Source of the DNA: Candidatus Omnitrophota bacterium
GTDB lineage: Bacteria > Omnitrophota > Gorgyraeia > Gygaellales > Profunditerraquicolaceae
Direction: 5' to 3'
Assembly: GCA_028716965.1 (NCBI GenBank)
Contig: JAQUOV010000005.1
Location: forward strand, 71,009-135,008
DNA length: 64,000 nt
Positions 8,773-17,460 of this stretch are shown here, in pieces (positions within the stretch are counted from its first letter, which is position 1; the number at the start of each line of letters is the position of its first letter). The notes beneath the pieces were generated by a model. The model saw only the letters and a list, made by a program, of their open reading frames with translations, had not been told where the DNA came from and searched no databases. Position numbers and translations under genes: made by a program.

Positions 8773-9679
8773 AAAGACGGGATATAAAATTACGGCTCTT
8801 GATTAATTCTTCCGTACTTGCCGGATGATGCGCCTCAATAACCTTTAAAATATTCTTATTTAGATAAGGCTTGAGCATAGAAAAATCTATTTCTCCCTCT
8901 GAAGGCGCAAGGTGGTCCTGGCAACCCAGGATGTCATGCAGATGGACGCCAATCATGCGCTTGCCGTACCTGTCCAAAAAATCCTTATGCCTTGCCAGCC
9001 CCAAATTCTCCATTAATTGGGCATGCCCTGTATCATGCCAATAATAAACCTGGGAATTGCTGAACCTGTCAAGGATAAGTGAGATTTCGTCAATATTTGG
9101 AATCTCGTAGTAATAAAACCGTGTTTCTATCCCCAGCAAAACGGCTTTTATCCGCGCGTAAGCATTCAATTCTTCGATGCTGGCTAAAGCCTGCTCCAGG
9201 AACCTTCCGGATGATAGCGCGCGCTCCCGGATCATCCTCTCCTTCAATTCTGAGGATTCGGCAGAATTATTTTTACCCTGGTTATAAAGGTTGATCAACT
9301 GGCGCGTGTAATCAAAAGCTTCCACCCTGCCGCAATGCAAAACAACCGCCTTAGCCCCTACTCTTTCAGCGGTATCAATGCTGCGTTTTGCATATTTTAC
9401 AGCCAAAAGGCGCTCCTCTTTATCCAGTGATGCCATGGAATAACAATCCGGCAGGGCCTCCGGACGGCTTAAACCATCCGGGATGGGGCAATAATTATGC
9501 AGGCTTTCAATACTGATTTTTAATTTCCTGGCTGAATCGGCGATACCATCCACCATTCCAGAGCTAAGGTTAAAACTTAGCTCTAAAGTTTTAAAGCCAA
9601 GCCGGCTTATTTCAAAGAGCAGCTTTTCCCCGTCATCAAAACGGTAGGCGCTCCAGGAGGTAGAGATCGCTAAAGCCAT
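8756..9679 (-). CDS. sugar phosphate isomerase/epimerase (xylose isomerase-like TIM barrel)
   Basis: TIM-barrel AP-endonuclease-2-like pattern; overlaps memo gene by 17 nt. Confidence 0.6.
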   Translation of the reverse strand: MALAISTSWSAYRFDDGEKLLFEISRLGFKTLELSFNLSSGMVDGIADSARKLKISIESLHNYCPIPDGLSRPEALPDCYSMASLDKEERLLAVKYAKRSIDTAERVGAKAVVLHCGRVEAFDYTRQLINLYNQGKNNSAESSELKERMIRERALSSGRFLEQALASIEELNAYARIKAVLLGIETRFYYYEIPNIDEISLILDRFSNSQVYYWHDTGHAQLMENLGLARHKDFLDRYGKRMIGVHLHDILGCQDHLAPSEGEIDFSMLKPYLNKNILKVIEAHHPASTEELIKSRNFISRLYDEPA

Positions 9680-9681
9680 GT

Positions 9682-9852
9682 TTATTTTCTGGTTTTAGCT
9701 TTTTTTCTCTTGCGCTCACTGGGTTTCTCGTAATGCTTGCGGTCACGCACTTCCCGCAAGATGCCATCCTGCTCAATTTTTTTCTTAAAACGGCGCAAAG
9801 CAGATTCAAAAGATTCGTCTTTCTTGACTTCAACCTGCGACAATATGATCAT
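9682..9852 (-). CDS. rpsU: 30S ribosomal protein S21
   Basis: Not in ORF track (<60 aa). Reverse strand: AAAGGAG-n4-ATG then [56 protein letters not shown]. The tracked 9636..9833 ORF is the wrong frame. Confidence 0.85.
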   Translation of the reverse strand: MIILSQVEVKKDESFESALRRFKKKIEQDGILREVRDRKHYEKPSERKRKKAKTRK

Positions 9853-9929
9853 CTCCTTTCATTATAATTTAGATAAATAATATACCATTCTTTTGAAAAA
9901 GTGTCAATAATGCTTGCGGGAAACCTCAA

Positions 9930-10634
9930 TTATTCAATCTCAAAAGAAATGATAATATTAAAAGAAAGCTGGGGATAATCCAGCTCCTTGGGAAAGCTGG
10001 GGAATGGAGAGGCATCTTTTACGCTCCTTAAGGCAATCGTCTTAAGATAATCGCTTGCAGATGTCCTTGCTTCAACCAGGTGGACGGCTTTAAGAAACCC
10101 CTGGTTTGATATGATAAAAGAAATATATACTTCGCCTGTTTCATTATGAGTATAATTCTGGTAAGCGCTGCGGCGGATCTTCTCCCGCACAATCTGGTAA
10201 TAACTTATGTAACTGGGATTATCGATCCTGGCCATCTCTATTTCCGGCAGTGTAATCCTCTTTTTTATCGCTATAATGTCCGGACTGGAGAAGGATGGCT
10301 TGGCAAGTTCCGGGGATTTATTCGATAAGGCCTTAGGCCCCCTGGAAAGCTCCTCCCTTTCAATATATGGAGGGGGAATACTTTTGTCCATGGCGCTTTT
10401 AACAATCTTTGCATCAAGCCTTAAGAACGGGTCAGGCTTATTAAGCGGCTTTTCCGGTTTCTGCTTAGCCTGGGGCCTGGGCTTTAACTCCTCTTTCTTG
10501 AGGTAACGTACCTTTATCATCTGCTCTTTTGGGGCAGGGACAAAAGGATTCATGCTGGGGCTTTGCAAAAGCAAAACCCCATGCGAAAGGATAGAGGCGG
10601 TAAAAGCAAACACTAAAAGCCGGTTAGAATGCAT
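9930..10634 (-). CDS. TonB-like energy transducer (N-terminal anchor, Pro/Lys-rich spacer, TonB C-terminal domain)
   Basis: KPRPQAKQKPEKPLNKPDP spacer; C-terminal GEVYISFIISNQGFLKAVHLV pattern; adjacent to TonB-dependent receptor. Confidence 0.6.
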   Translation of the reverse strand: MHSNRLLVFAFTASILSHGVLLLQSPSMNPFVPAPKEQMIKVRYLKKEELKPRPQAKQKPEKPLNKPDPFLRLDAKIVKSAMDKSIPPPYIEREELSRGPKALSNKSPELAKPSFSSPDIIAIKKRITLPEIEMARIDNPSYISYYQIVREKIRRSAYQNYTHNETGEVYISFIISNQGFLKAVHLVEARTSASDYLKTIALRSVKDASPFPSFPKELDYPQLSFNIIISFEIE

Positions 10635-10644
10635 GCTTTAGTTT

Positions 10645-10705
10645 ATCACAAAAATAAATAACATGGCCAGGATTATTTTCTAAAGAAAGTAAATCTGGCC
10701 ATGTT
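10645..10705 (-). terminator. rho-independent terminator after btuB
   Basis: 11-bp perfect inverted repeat AACATGGCCAG...CTGGCCATGTT followed on the minus strand by a T-rich run (TTATTTATTTTTGTG). Confidence 0.55.
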
Positions 10706-10726
10706 TCATCCGTGATTTTTCTACCT

Positions 10727-12583
10727 TTAGAATTCAGCTTTCAGGCCGCCGGTAAAAGAGAAACCGGGCATGGGATAACCCCGTATAACCTGGTACTTAC
10801 GGTTCAAAAGGTTGTCTATGTAAGCAAAACAGCTAACTCCGTGCCTGAATTTCTTTGAGACGCTAATACCCAAAGTAAAGAAATTCTTTACCTTATCGGT
10901 ATTCACGGCGTTACCAAACCTCTGGCCCGTAAATTGGCCTTTCAACTCAACCGTCAAACCGTCATAGCCATGATATCTCAAGCAGGCATCAACTTTATTC
11001 ATCGGTTGATACACAAGGTATTTGTGAGTATCTGCGTCCCTTGCGATTAAGTATGTATAATTAATATCTAAATTAAGGTTATCCGAAATAAACATTTTAT
11101 TTTCAAGCTCTATGCCGTCTATTGCCGCGGAGCTGACATTCTCCGGCCGCCATACCGCGCTTGCATCAGGTGACCATTGTATAAGCTGTTTGAAATCACT
11201 GTGGAAATAAGTAAATCCTGAAACAAGGTATCTATTTATCCTTACCTCAGCTCCCAATTCTTCAGTAACCCCTTTTTCCGGCCTGAGATTAGGATTACCT
11301 TCTTCCCCCCCTGCTAACGCACCCTTATAATAGTAATAATTGGCAGGCCAATATAAGTCGTTAAAAGTAGGGGCACGGAAAGAACGGCTGATCAAACCAT
11401 GGAATTTTATGTTCTCATTGAATTTATAGAGTGCGCTTAAACCCGGATTAAACTGTGTGCCGAAATTGGAGTAATCATCAACCCGGCCGCTAAGATTGAT
11501 ATTGAGTTTCTTGTCAAATAAATCCAAGCGGTTTTCTATGTATCCTGCGCGCACAATATATTCATGTTTTGCGCTGGAGGTAGAGTCATTCATATTTCTC
11601 ACATAATTTAATCCGCATACTATGCCATAATCATCCAATAACTGTTTATCAAGCTGAAGATCAAACCCTCTGACTCTAGTCGTATGTATGTCCTTGGTAT
11701 AAGTAGTAGAATTCTCAATGAATTCCAGCCGGTCGTAATTCTGATAAGCCCTGGCTGATAACCCAGTCTGTTCATCCGGCTTAAAGCTCCATTTAAAATC
11801 AAAGAAACGCTTCAGCGTATTCTGTTTATCGTCTTCATCCGGCCAGCTTGTGGAGCCAGGAGCACCCACCTTACTTGCATAAAAACCGGAGTTAAACCAT
11901 AAATTATTTTCGCTATTAAGATCATACTCCAGTTTAAGATTGCAGTCCTTAGAGTTCAATTGGGAATTTTGACGGAAGCCCTCGGAACTTTCGTATCCGC
12001 CGCTGATAAGATAGCTGAATTTTGAGACCCTTGCTCCATATAGCGCCCGCTCGATATACGTCCTGGCAGTACCAAAGCTTGAATAAATTTCTGCCTTCTG
12101 CCCTTCCTTTGGCGGTTTCTTGGTGATGATATTGACCACTCCTCCCATTGCCGAACTACCATAGAGACTGGAGCCCGGTCCATGCATAACTTCCACCCTG
12201 GATACATTATCTAATGGAATATCGGATAAGTTAACCGAGCCGTCCCTGGGGTTGTTTATCGGCCTGCCATCCATTAAAACCAATACCTGGGAGGCGGTAG
12301 AACCGCGCATTCTTATATCTTTGTTAGCTCCCGGCCCGCCGTAATTACTTATATTGACGGAAGTAAGGTCTGTGAGGGCATCGGATAAATCCTGCGCCCC
12401 GCTTTCCTCCATTTCTTTGGCGGTAACCACATCAACCACGCGGCTGACATCTCCGGATGATTCTTCTATCCTTGAGGGGGTTACTACGATCTTATTTAAT
12501 TCTACATCTTGCGGAAAAGCGATATTTGGCAGGCAAAACAATAACAACCCCAGAAAAATCAGTTTCTTGATAATATTTTTCAT
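10727..12583 (-). CDS. btuB: TonB-dependent outer-membrane receptor, probable vitamin B12 transporter
   Basis: Signal peptide, TonB box (KIVVTPSR), plug plus 22-strand barrel, terminal aromatic residue. It is preceded by a cobalamin riboswitch and neighbours the cob/btu genes. Confidence 0.85.
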   Translation of the reverse strand: MKNIIKKLIFLGLLLFCLPNIAFPQDVELNKIVVTPSRIEESSGDVSRVVDVVTAKEMEESGAQDLSDALTDLTSVNISNYGGPGANKDIRMRGSTASQVLVLMDGRPINNPRDGSVNLSDIPLDNVSRVEVMHGPGSSLYGSSAMGGVVNIITKKPPKEGQKAEIYSSFGTARTYIERALYGARVSKFSYLISGGYESSEGFRQNSQLNSKDCNLKLEYDLNSENNLWFNSGFYASKVGAPGSTSWPDEDDKQNTLKRFFDFKWSFKPDEQTGLSARAYQNYDRLEFIENSTTYTKDIHTTRVRGFDLQLDKQLLDDYGIVCGLNYVRNMNDSTSSAKHEYIVRAGYIENRLDLFDKKLNINLSGRVDDYSNFGTQFNPGLSALYKFNENIKFHGLISRSFRAPTFNDLYWPANYYYYKGALAGGEEGNPNLRPEKGVTEELGAEVRINRYLVSGFTYFHSDFKQLIQWSPDASAVWRPENVSSAAIDGIELENKMFISDNLNLDINYTYLIARDADTHKYLVYQPMNKVDACLRYHGYDGLTVELKGQFTGQRFGNAVNTDKVKNFFTLGISVSKKFRHGVSCFAYIDNLLNRKYQVIRGYPMPGFSFTGGLKAEF

Positions 12584-12604
12584 TGATTCCCTTTCTCTTC
12601 TTGC

Positions 12605-12800
12605 GAGAGTACTTACCTGTCTGCCGTAGGCAGACCTGCGATAGGCGATCGACCGGGCTCATAAATCAGCATGTAGAATGTAGTAGGTAGAATATAAAGC
12701 GAACCTGCATTCTTTATTCTACCTTCTACCTACTGACTTACATTACCGTTGCGAGACAGCGCCTGGGATCATACCAGGACTTCCTTCGCCTATCCGGTTT
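12605..12800 (-). promoter_or_regulatory. cobalamin (AdoCbl) riboswitch in btuB leader
   Basis: Minus-strand read GGAAGUCCUGGUAUGAUCCCAGGCGCUGUCUCGCAACGGUAAUG matches the conserved cobalamin-riboswitch core (compare E. coli btuB GGGAAUCCAGUGCGAAUCUGGAGCUGACGCGCAGCGGUAAGG). A 3' B12-box-like GAGCCCGG...GCAGGUCUGCC follows, then a hairpin (GUCUGCC-UAC-GGCAGAC) next to the RBS/ATG. Confidence 0.75.
12671..12740. repeat. two inverted copies of the TA-rich element inside the btuB riboswitch
   Basis: ATGTAGAATGTAGTAGGTAGAATATAAAG...CTTTATTCTACCTTCTACCTACTGACTTAC; the arms are mutually complementary. Confidence 0.7.
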
Positions 12801-12813
12801 GTATCTTTAGAAG

Positions 12814-13479
12814 TTAAACGTATTTTTTAATATCCAAAAACCAGTGTTTCCCAAAACTCTCTTCTAATACAGGTTGCGTCTCCAGTACCCTGATCGGCTC
12901 CCTGAATAAAGGCCCATCAACCACTAAAGTATGGAACTCTCCTTTCTCCCCGCAGGGGTCAATTTCAGGTTTTAGTTCTTCTATAAACTTCCTGTCCATA
13001 ATCCGGCCCAGCCACTCCTTGCCTAATAGATCGGCTTTGACCGCTACCACCACAGCCTTAAAACCGGAATCAATGATCTCTAAAGCCAATTCCTTGGTAT
13101 CCTTACCCCATAAAGGCATGATCGGCTCTACCTCCGCTTCCCGGCAGAGCGCATCAATCCAATCCTTATGTTCCTGCAGATATATATCTCCAAAAACTAT
13201 TCCCCGGATACCTGCCTTCTTTTGCCAAATGCGAATCAATCTTTTAAATTCCTCGCGATAGGCCTTCCTGGCATCAGGCATTGCCTTTTGCGCCATCGGG
13301 ATTCCAACAAGCTCTGCTTGCCTGAAAATAATCGACGCAAGGAGGCCATGAGAGAGCGACTTTTCCCCTTTAGGATCCGTAAAATTAAATAAGACCGAAA
13401 GATCATGGCCCATAGAAATGGCTTTATAACAGGCAAAACAACTATCTTTACCAGCGCTCCAGAGGCCGGCTACCTTCAT
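12814..13479 (-). CDS. PP-loop ATP pyrophosphatase of the MJ0570/Dph6 (diphthine-ammonia ligase-like) family
   Basis: N-terminal SAGKDS PP-loop, 221 aa; start overlaps cobQ stop by 4 nt (translational coupling); last gene of cob operon. Confidence 0.6.
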   Translation of the reverse strand: MKVAGLWSAGKDSCFACYKAISMGHDLSVLFNFTDPKGEKSLSHGLLASIIFRQAELVGIPMAQKAMPDARKAYREEFKRLIRIWQKKAGIRGIVFGDIYLQEHKDWIDALCREAEVEPIMPLWGKDTKELALEIIDSGFKAVVVAVKADLLGKEWLGRIMDRKFIEELKPEIDPCGEKGEFHTLVVDGPLFREPIRVLETQPVLEESFGKHWFLDIKKYV

Positions 13480-14990
13480 TGTAATCCTCTTTCTATGATC
13501 TTGTGCAATAAACTCATATCAATATTCTCCCTTACCAACTGTGCCAGTTTATCAAACTCTTTATCCGGATTGAAATTCTCTTTTACCGCTAATGCAGGCC
13601 ATCCTTTCTTCATCCTAATCCTGTTCAAGAAATTTCTTCTGAACGCCCCCGCGTCAAATATGCCGTGGATATATGTTCCTAAAATACGGCGATCTTTACT
13701 TATTGCCCCTTCCGTATATCTTATTTCTTTACCATTACATTCAAAAACCTCAAAAAGAGGGTCGCATTTTCCTGTAATCCGGGTTAAGCCGTGGTGGATC
13801 TCGTATCCGGATAATTTTAAACCCGAGATAAGCTCTTTTGCCTCAACTTGCGCCAGGGTTTTATCCAGCTTTAAGCTGGTTTCAACGGGCAGGAGATTTA
13901 ATCCCGGCATCTGCCTGCGCCTTGTTTCCATCCCATGCTTATCGCTTATCCTTCTTCCTAACATCTGATAGCCGCCACAGATCCCCGCCAAAATGACTGC
14001 CTTATCAGATTTAATAATGGACAATATCATCTTTATAAATCCCGATTTCATCAGATATCTTAAATCCGAGATAGTATTCTTTGTCCCGGGGATAATGATC
14101 ACATCCGGCTTGTTTAATTCTTCAGGGGTTTTTGCGTAACGCAAGCGCACATCAGGCTCTTTTTCCAGGGCATCGAAATCCGTAAAATTGGAGATATGCG
14201 GCAGATAGACTACATCAATATTAATCCGGGGGTTTCTTCCGTCAGAGCTATCTTTAAAATTATCCAAAGGCACGGCATCCTCTTCGGCGATCTTTATATC
14301 TTTATAGTAAGGAATTACTCCCAGCACTTTGATACCGGTACGCCTTTCCAGAAAATCTATCCCCGGTTTAAGTAAATTTATATCCCCGCGGAATTTATTT
14401 ACAATTATACCCTTGATCATACTTCTCTCTTTAGGAGTCAATAATGCCAGGGTCCCGACGATCCAGGCAAAGAATCCTCCTTTGTCAATATCGCCTACTA
14501 AAATAACAGGCGCTTTAGCATAAGCAGCCATTTTTAGATTGACGATGTCGTGCGATTTTAAATTTATCTCCGCGGGGCTTCCTGCTCCCTCTATAACCAC
14601 AATTTCATAATCACCAGCTAACTTACGGAAAGAGCTCCTCACTGTCTTAAGAAGCCTGCTTTTATATTTTGTGTAACGCAAAGCATTCATATTGCCAATG
14701 GGTTTTCCCAGGACAATCACCTGCGCCCCCACATCGCTGGTCGGCTTAATCAAAACAGGGTTCATATCTACTGTCGCTTCTATACGAGCGGCCTGGGCTT
14801 GGGTTGCCTGGGCGCGTCCGATCTCACCCTGCTCTCTGGTAACAAATGAATTCAAAGCCATATTCTGGGCCTTAAATGGCGCAACCCTGTAACCCTCCTG
14901 CAAAAAGATCCTGCATAAGGCAGAGACGATCACGCTTTTACCCACCCCTGAACCTGTTCCGCAAACCTGCAATGTTTTGGCTTTCATCAT
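13476..14990 (-). CDS. cobQ: cobyric acid synthase
   Basis: N-terminal CobQ/CbiP ATPase domain (GTGSGVGKS) plus C-terminal glutamine amidotransferase domain. Confidence 0.9.
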   Translation of the reverse strand: MMKAKTLQVCGTGSGVGKSVIVSALCRIFLQEGYRVAPFKAQNMALNSFVTREQGEIGRAQATQAQAARIEATVDMNPVLIKPTSDVGAQVIVLGKPIGNMNALRYTKYKSRLLKTVRSSFRKLAGDYEIVVIEGAGSPAEINLKSHDIVNLKMAAYAKAPVILVGDIDKGGFFAWIVGTLALLTPKERSMIKGIIVNKFRGDINLLKPGIDFLERRTGIKVLGVIPYYKDIKIAEEDAVPLDNFKDSSDGRNPRINIDVVYLPHISNFTDFDALEKEPDVRLRYAKTPEELNKPDVIIIPGTKNTISDLRYLMKSGFIKMILSIIKSDKAVILAGICGGYQMLGRRISDKHGMETRRRQMPGLNLLPVETSLKLDKTLAQVEAKELISGLKLSGYEIHHGLTRITGKCDPLFEVFECNGKEIRYTEGAISKDRRILGTYIHGIFDAGAFRRNFLNRIRMKKGWPALAVKENFNPDKEFDKLAQLVRENIDMSLLHKIIERGLQ

Positions 14991-15006
14991 CTATGATATT
15001 TTAATC

Positions 15007-15750
15007 TTAAATCTTCCCCAGCATAAATACCGATAATAGGGTGATTATCTCCGTTAGCTCGATCCCCGCTCCCAAAGTATCACCGGTTATCCCCCCTATT
15101 TTTCTGGTCGAAAATTTTCCTGACGCGTAACTAAAACCGGTAATAATCAATAATATAACCAGCCCTCTTATCTGCCAGGCTATAGATACACAGATAACTG
15201 CCACCACCGAAGAAAGGATAAATATCTTCAGGTTCATACCCTTGATAAATATCCCGGCTTTGCCTTCCTGGCGGGCGTAAGGAAAAAAGAATACGGCAAC
15301 TACAGCCGACCAACGGCTTAAGCAGCACATCAACATAAGTGCATTGGGCTCTAAAGAACTGCTTATTGAAAAAAGCAGGATAATCTTTAACAATATTACG
15401 CTTATCAGGCTTAAAACACCCATCACCCCGGTACGGGAATCACGCATTATCTCAAGCATCTTTTCCATGGGCTTTCCGCTTAAAAATGCATCAGCAGTAT
15501 CCGACAAACCATCCAAATGCAGGCCTCCCGTAATAAAGATCAAAACAACCACGGTAACCACATTCATGGATAGGAAAGGAAAATTCAAAAAAGATAGTAA
15601 AACATTCACCCCTGTAAGAAATAATCCCAGGAGCAGTCCGACAAGCGGAAAATATGCCATTGCCCCTGCCAATCTTTGCTCACCGGCCTCCCTTACCTTA
15701 ATTGGGATGACTGTTAAAAACTGCAGCGCTGACAAAAATGACGCTATCAT
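15007..15750 (-). CDS. cobS: adenosylcobinamide-GDP ribazoletransferase (cobalamin synthase)
   Basis: MIASFLSALQFLTVIPI... polytopic membrane protein, CobS family. Confidence 0.88.
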   Translation of the reverse strand: MIASFLSALQFLTVIPIKVREAGEQRLAGAMAYFPLVGLLLGLFLTGVNVLLSFLNFPFLSMNVVTVVVLIFITGGLHLDGLSDTADAFLSGKPMEKMLEIMRDSRTGVMGVLSLISVILLKIILLFSISSSLEPNALMLMCCLSRWSAVVAVFFFPYARQEGKAGIFIKGMNLKIFILSSVVAVICVSIAWQIRGLVILLIITGFSYASGKFSTRKIGGITGDTLGAGIELTEIITLLSVFMLGKI

Positions 15751-16805
15751 ATATTTTTCTCCGATACATTGGCGCTTTTAAATGTCGCCATCTGGGTAAG
15801 GATCTTAATCGCAGCGTCAGCTAATCCTATTCCAAGGGCCCCACCAGTCCCTTCTCCAAGCCTTAAATCTAAATCCAGCAACGGCCTTAACCCAATATGC
15901 TCAAGAATAATCTTATGGCCCCTCTCCTGGGACTTATGCGCGGCGATCATATAATCTTTTACTTTAGGCTCAATCTTAAAAGCAACCAAAGCAGCAGCCC
16001 CGGATATAAATCCGTCAATAACTACAGGAATTTTATGAGAAGCAGCAGCCAGGATTATACCCGTAAGGCCCGCAATCTCAAATCCGCCTACTTTGGACAA
16101 AACATCAATCGCGTCTGCTGGATCAGGTTTATTAACCAAAAGTGATTTTTTAATAACCTCGATTTTATTCTTTAGCCCCGGCTCATCCAGGCCGGCCCCT
16201 TTTCCTGTAATCTCTTCAACGGGCTTATCGCAAAAAGAAGCGGTGATCGCGCTGGCTGCGGTAGTATTGCCTATACCCATCTCACCGGTCCCGACAATAT
16301 CAATTCCACGCTTAAACTCTTCTTCAAATAAATCTATTCCCCCCTGTATCGCTTTTATCGCTTCCCCTCTTGACATCGCCGGCCCCTTTGCCATGTTTTT
16401 TGTCCCGTAACCTATCTTCCTGACCCGCAGCATTGGGCCAGGCTTAAGCTCTGCGGCCACTCCGATATCCACAACCACTACCCTTGCGCCAACATGTTTT
16501 GCCAATACGTTTATTCCGGCTCCACCTGCGATAAAATTAGAAACCATTTGAGCGGTCACCTCTTTAGGATAAGCGCTTACCCCTTCATCGGTTACTCCGT
16601 GGTCAGCGGCTAAAGTAAAAATAACTTTATTTGTTAATAATGGGTTGGCTTTCCCGCTAATCCCGCAGATTTGTTTTGCCAACTCCTCCAGCCTACCCAG
16701 GCTCCCCAAGGGCTTGGTTAGATTATCTAACCTTACCTGTGTATTTTTTACAATAGCCTGATCAATTCCTGAAATATTCTTGATTACATTATTTATTCTC
16801 TCCAC
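15747..16805 (-). CDS. cobT: nicotinate-nucleotide--dimethylbenzimidazole phosphoribosyltransferase
   Basis: 352 aa; GEMGIGNTT motif. Confidence 0.9.
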   Translation of the reverse strand: MERINNVIKNISGIDQAIVKNTQVRLDNLTKPLGSLGRLEELAKQICGISGKANPLLTNKVIFTLAADHGVTDEGVSAYPKEVTAQMVSNFIAGGAGINVLAKHVGARVVVVDIGVAAELKPGPMLRVRKIGYGTKNMAKGPAMSRGEAIKAIQGGIDLFEEEFKRGIDIVGTGEMGIGNTTAASAITASFCDKPVEEITGKGAGLDEPGLKNKIEVIKKSLLVNKPDPADAIDVLSKVGGFEIAGLTGIILAAASHKIPVVIDGFISGAAALVAFKIEPKVKDYMIAAHKSQERGHKIILEHIGLRPLLDLDLRLGEGTGGALGIGLADAAIKILTQMATFKSANVSEKNI

Positions 16806-17351
16806 TTACCTGCCTCCCTGCCTGCCGGCAGGCAGGCCTTTTATCTTTAACGCTATTCCTGAAACAGTGAAAAACACTTCATCAGCTTTATTGGCAACTA
16901 TCTGATTCGCTCTTCCTGCGATATCGCGAAACTCTCTGCCCAGCTTGTTGGCGGGAACCAATCCCAACCCCACTTCATTAGAAACCAGAATTACTTTTGC
17001 TTTCTTCTTATCTAAAACAAATAATAATTCTTCAATCTTCTTAAGGACCTGCTCTTGCTTATTCCCGGCTAAAACTAAATTTGAAACAAAAAGAGTTAAA
17101 CAGTCGATTAGAATACAATCAAAACTGTCACTCATTTTCCCTAATAATTTTGTCAAATCTTTAGGCTCCTCAAAGGTTGTCCAATGTTTTGGCCTTCCCT
17201 CTTTATGCAGCTTGATCCGCTCCCGCATCTCTTTATCCAAACCCTGACAAGTGGCGATAAAGGCGACTTTTTTGTATTTTTTAGCCAGGCTCAAAGCATA
17301 GCTGCTTTTACCACTGCGCGAGCCTCCCAGTATCAACATTATTCTCTTCAT
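16806..17351 (-). CDS. cobU: adenosylcobinamide kinase / adenosylcobinamide-phosphate guanylyltransferase
   Basis: LILGGSRSGKSSYA P-loop; 181 aa. Confidence 0.9.
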   Translation of the reverse strand: MKRIMLILGGSRSGKSSYALSLAKKYKKVAFIATCQGLDKEMRERIKLHKEGRPKHWTTFEEPKDLTKLLGKMSDSFDCILIDCLTLFVSNLVLAGNKQEQVLKKIEELLFVLDKKKAKVILVSNEVGLGLVPANKLGREFRDIAGRANQIVANKADEVFFTVSGIALKIKGLPAGRQGGR

Positions 17352-17362
17352 ATCCTCTTTTT

Positions 17363-17460
17363 AGGGACGTTTCTGAACCCAAAGGAAGAACTGTCCCCCT
17401 AGGGGACAGTTCTCCGATTAGCTTAAGAAACGTCCCTGCTTTGAATGGAGAAACGTCCCT
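17363..17460. promoter_or_regulatory. nested inverted-repeat structure at cobC-cobU junction
   Basis: Outer arms AGGGACGTTTCT (17363-17374) / AGAAACGTCCCT (17426-17437, repeated again at 17449-17460), flanking a perfect 27-bp palindrome AGAACTGTCCCC-CTA-GGGGACAGTTCT (17387-17413). Confidence 0.5.

Noticed and set aside
9636-9833. 65-aa minus-strand ORF listed in the track
   Set aside because: It is out of frame with the real rpsU gene (9682-9852). rpsU has a perfect AAAGGAG RBS and an unmistakable S21 sequence. The tracked ORF is a frame artefact.
12621-12640. B12-box-like GGCAGACCTGCG on the plus strand, suggesting a plus-strand riboswitch
   Set aside because: No plus-strand gene follows. 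The conserved core (GGAAGUCC...GCAACGGUAA) reads correctly only on the minus strand, upstream of btuB. The plus-strand match is the complement of the minus-strand B12-box hairpin.
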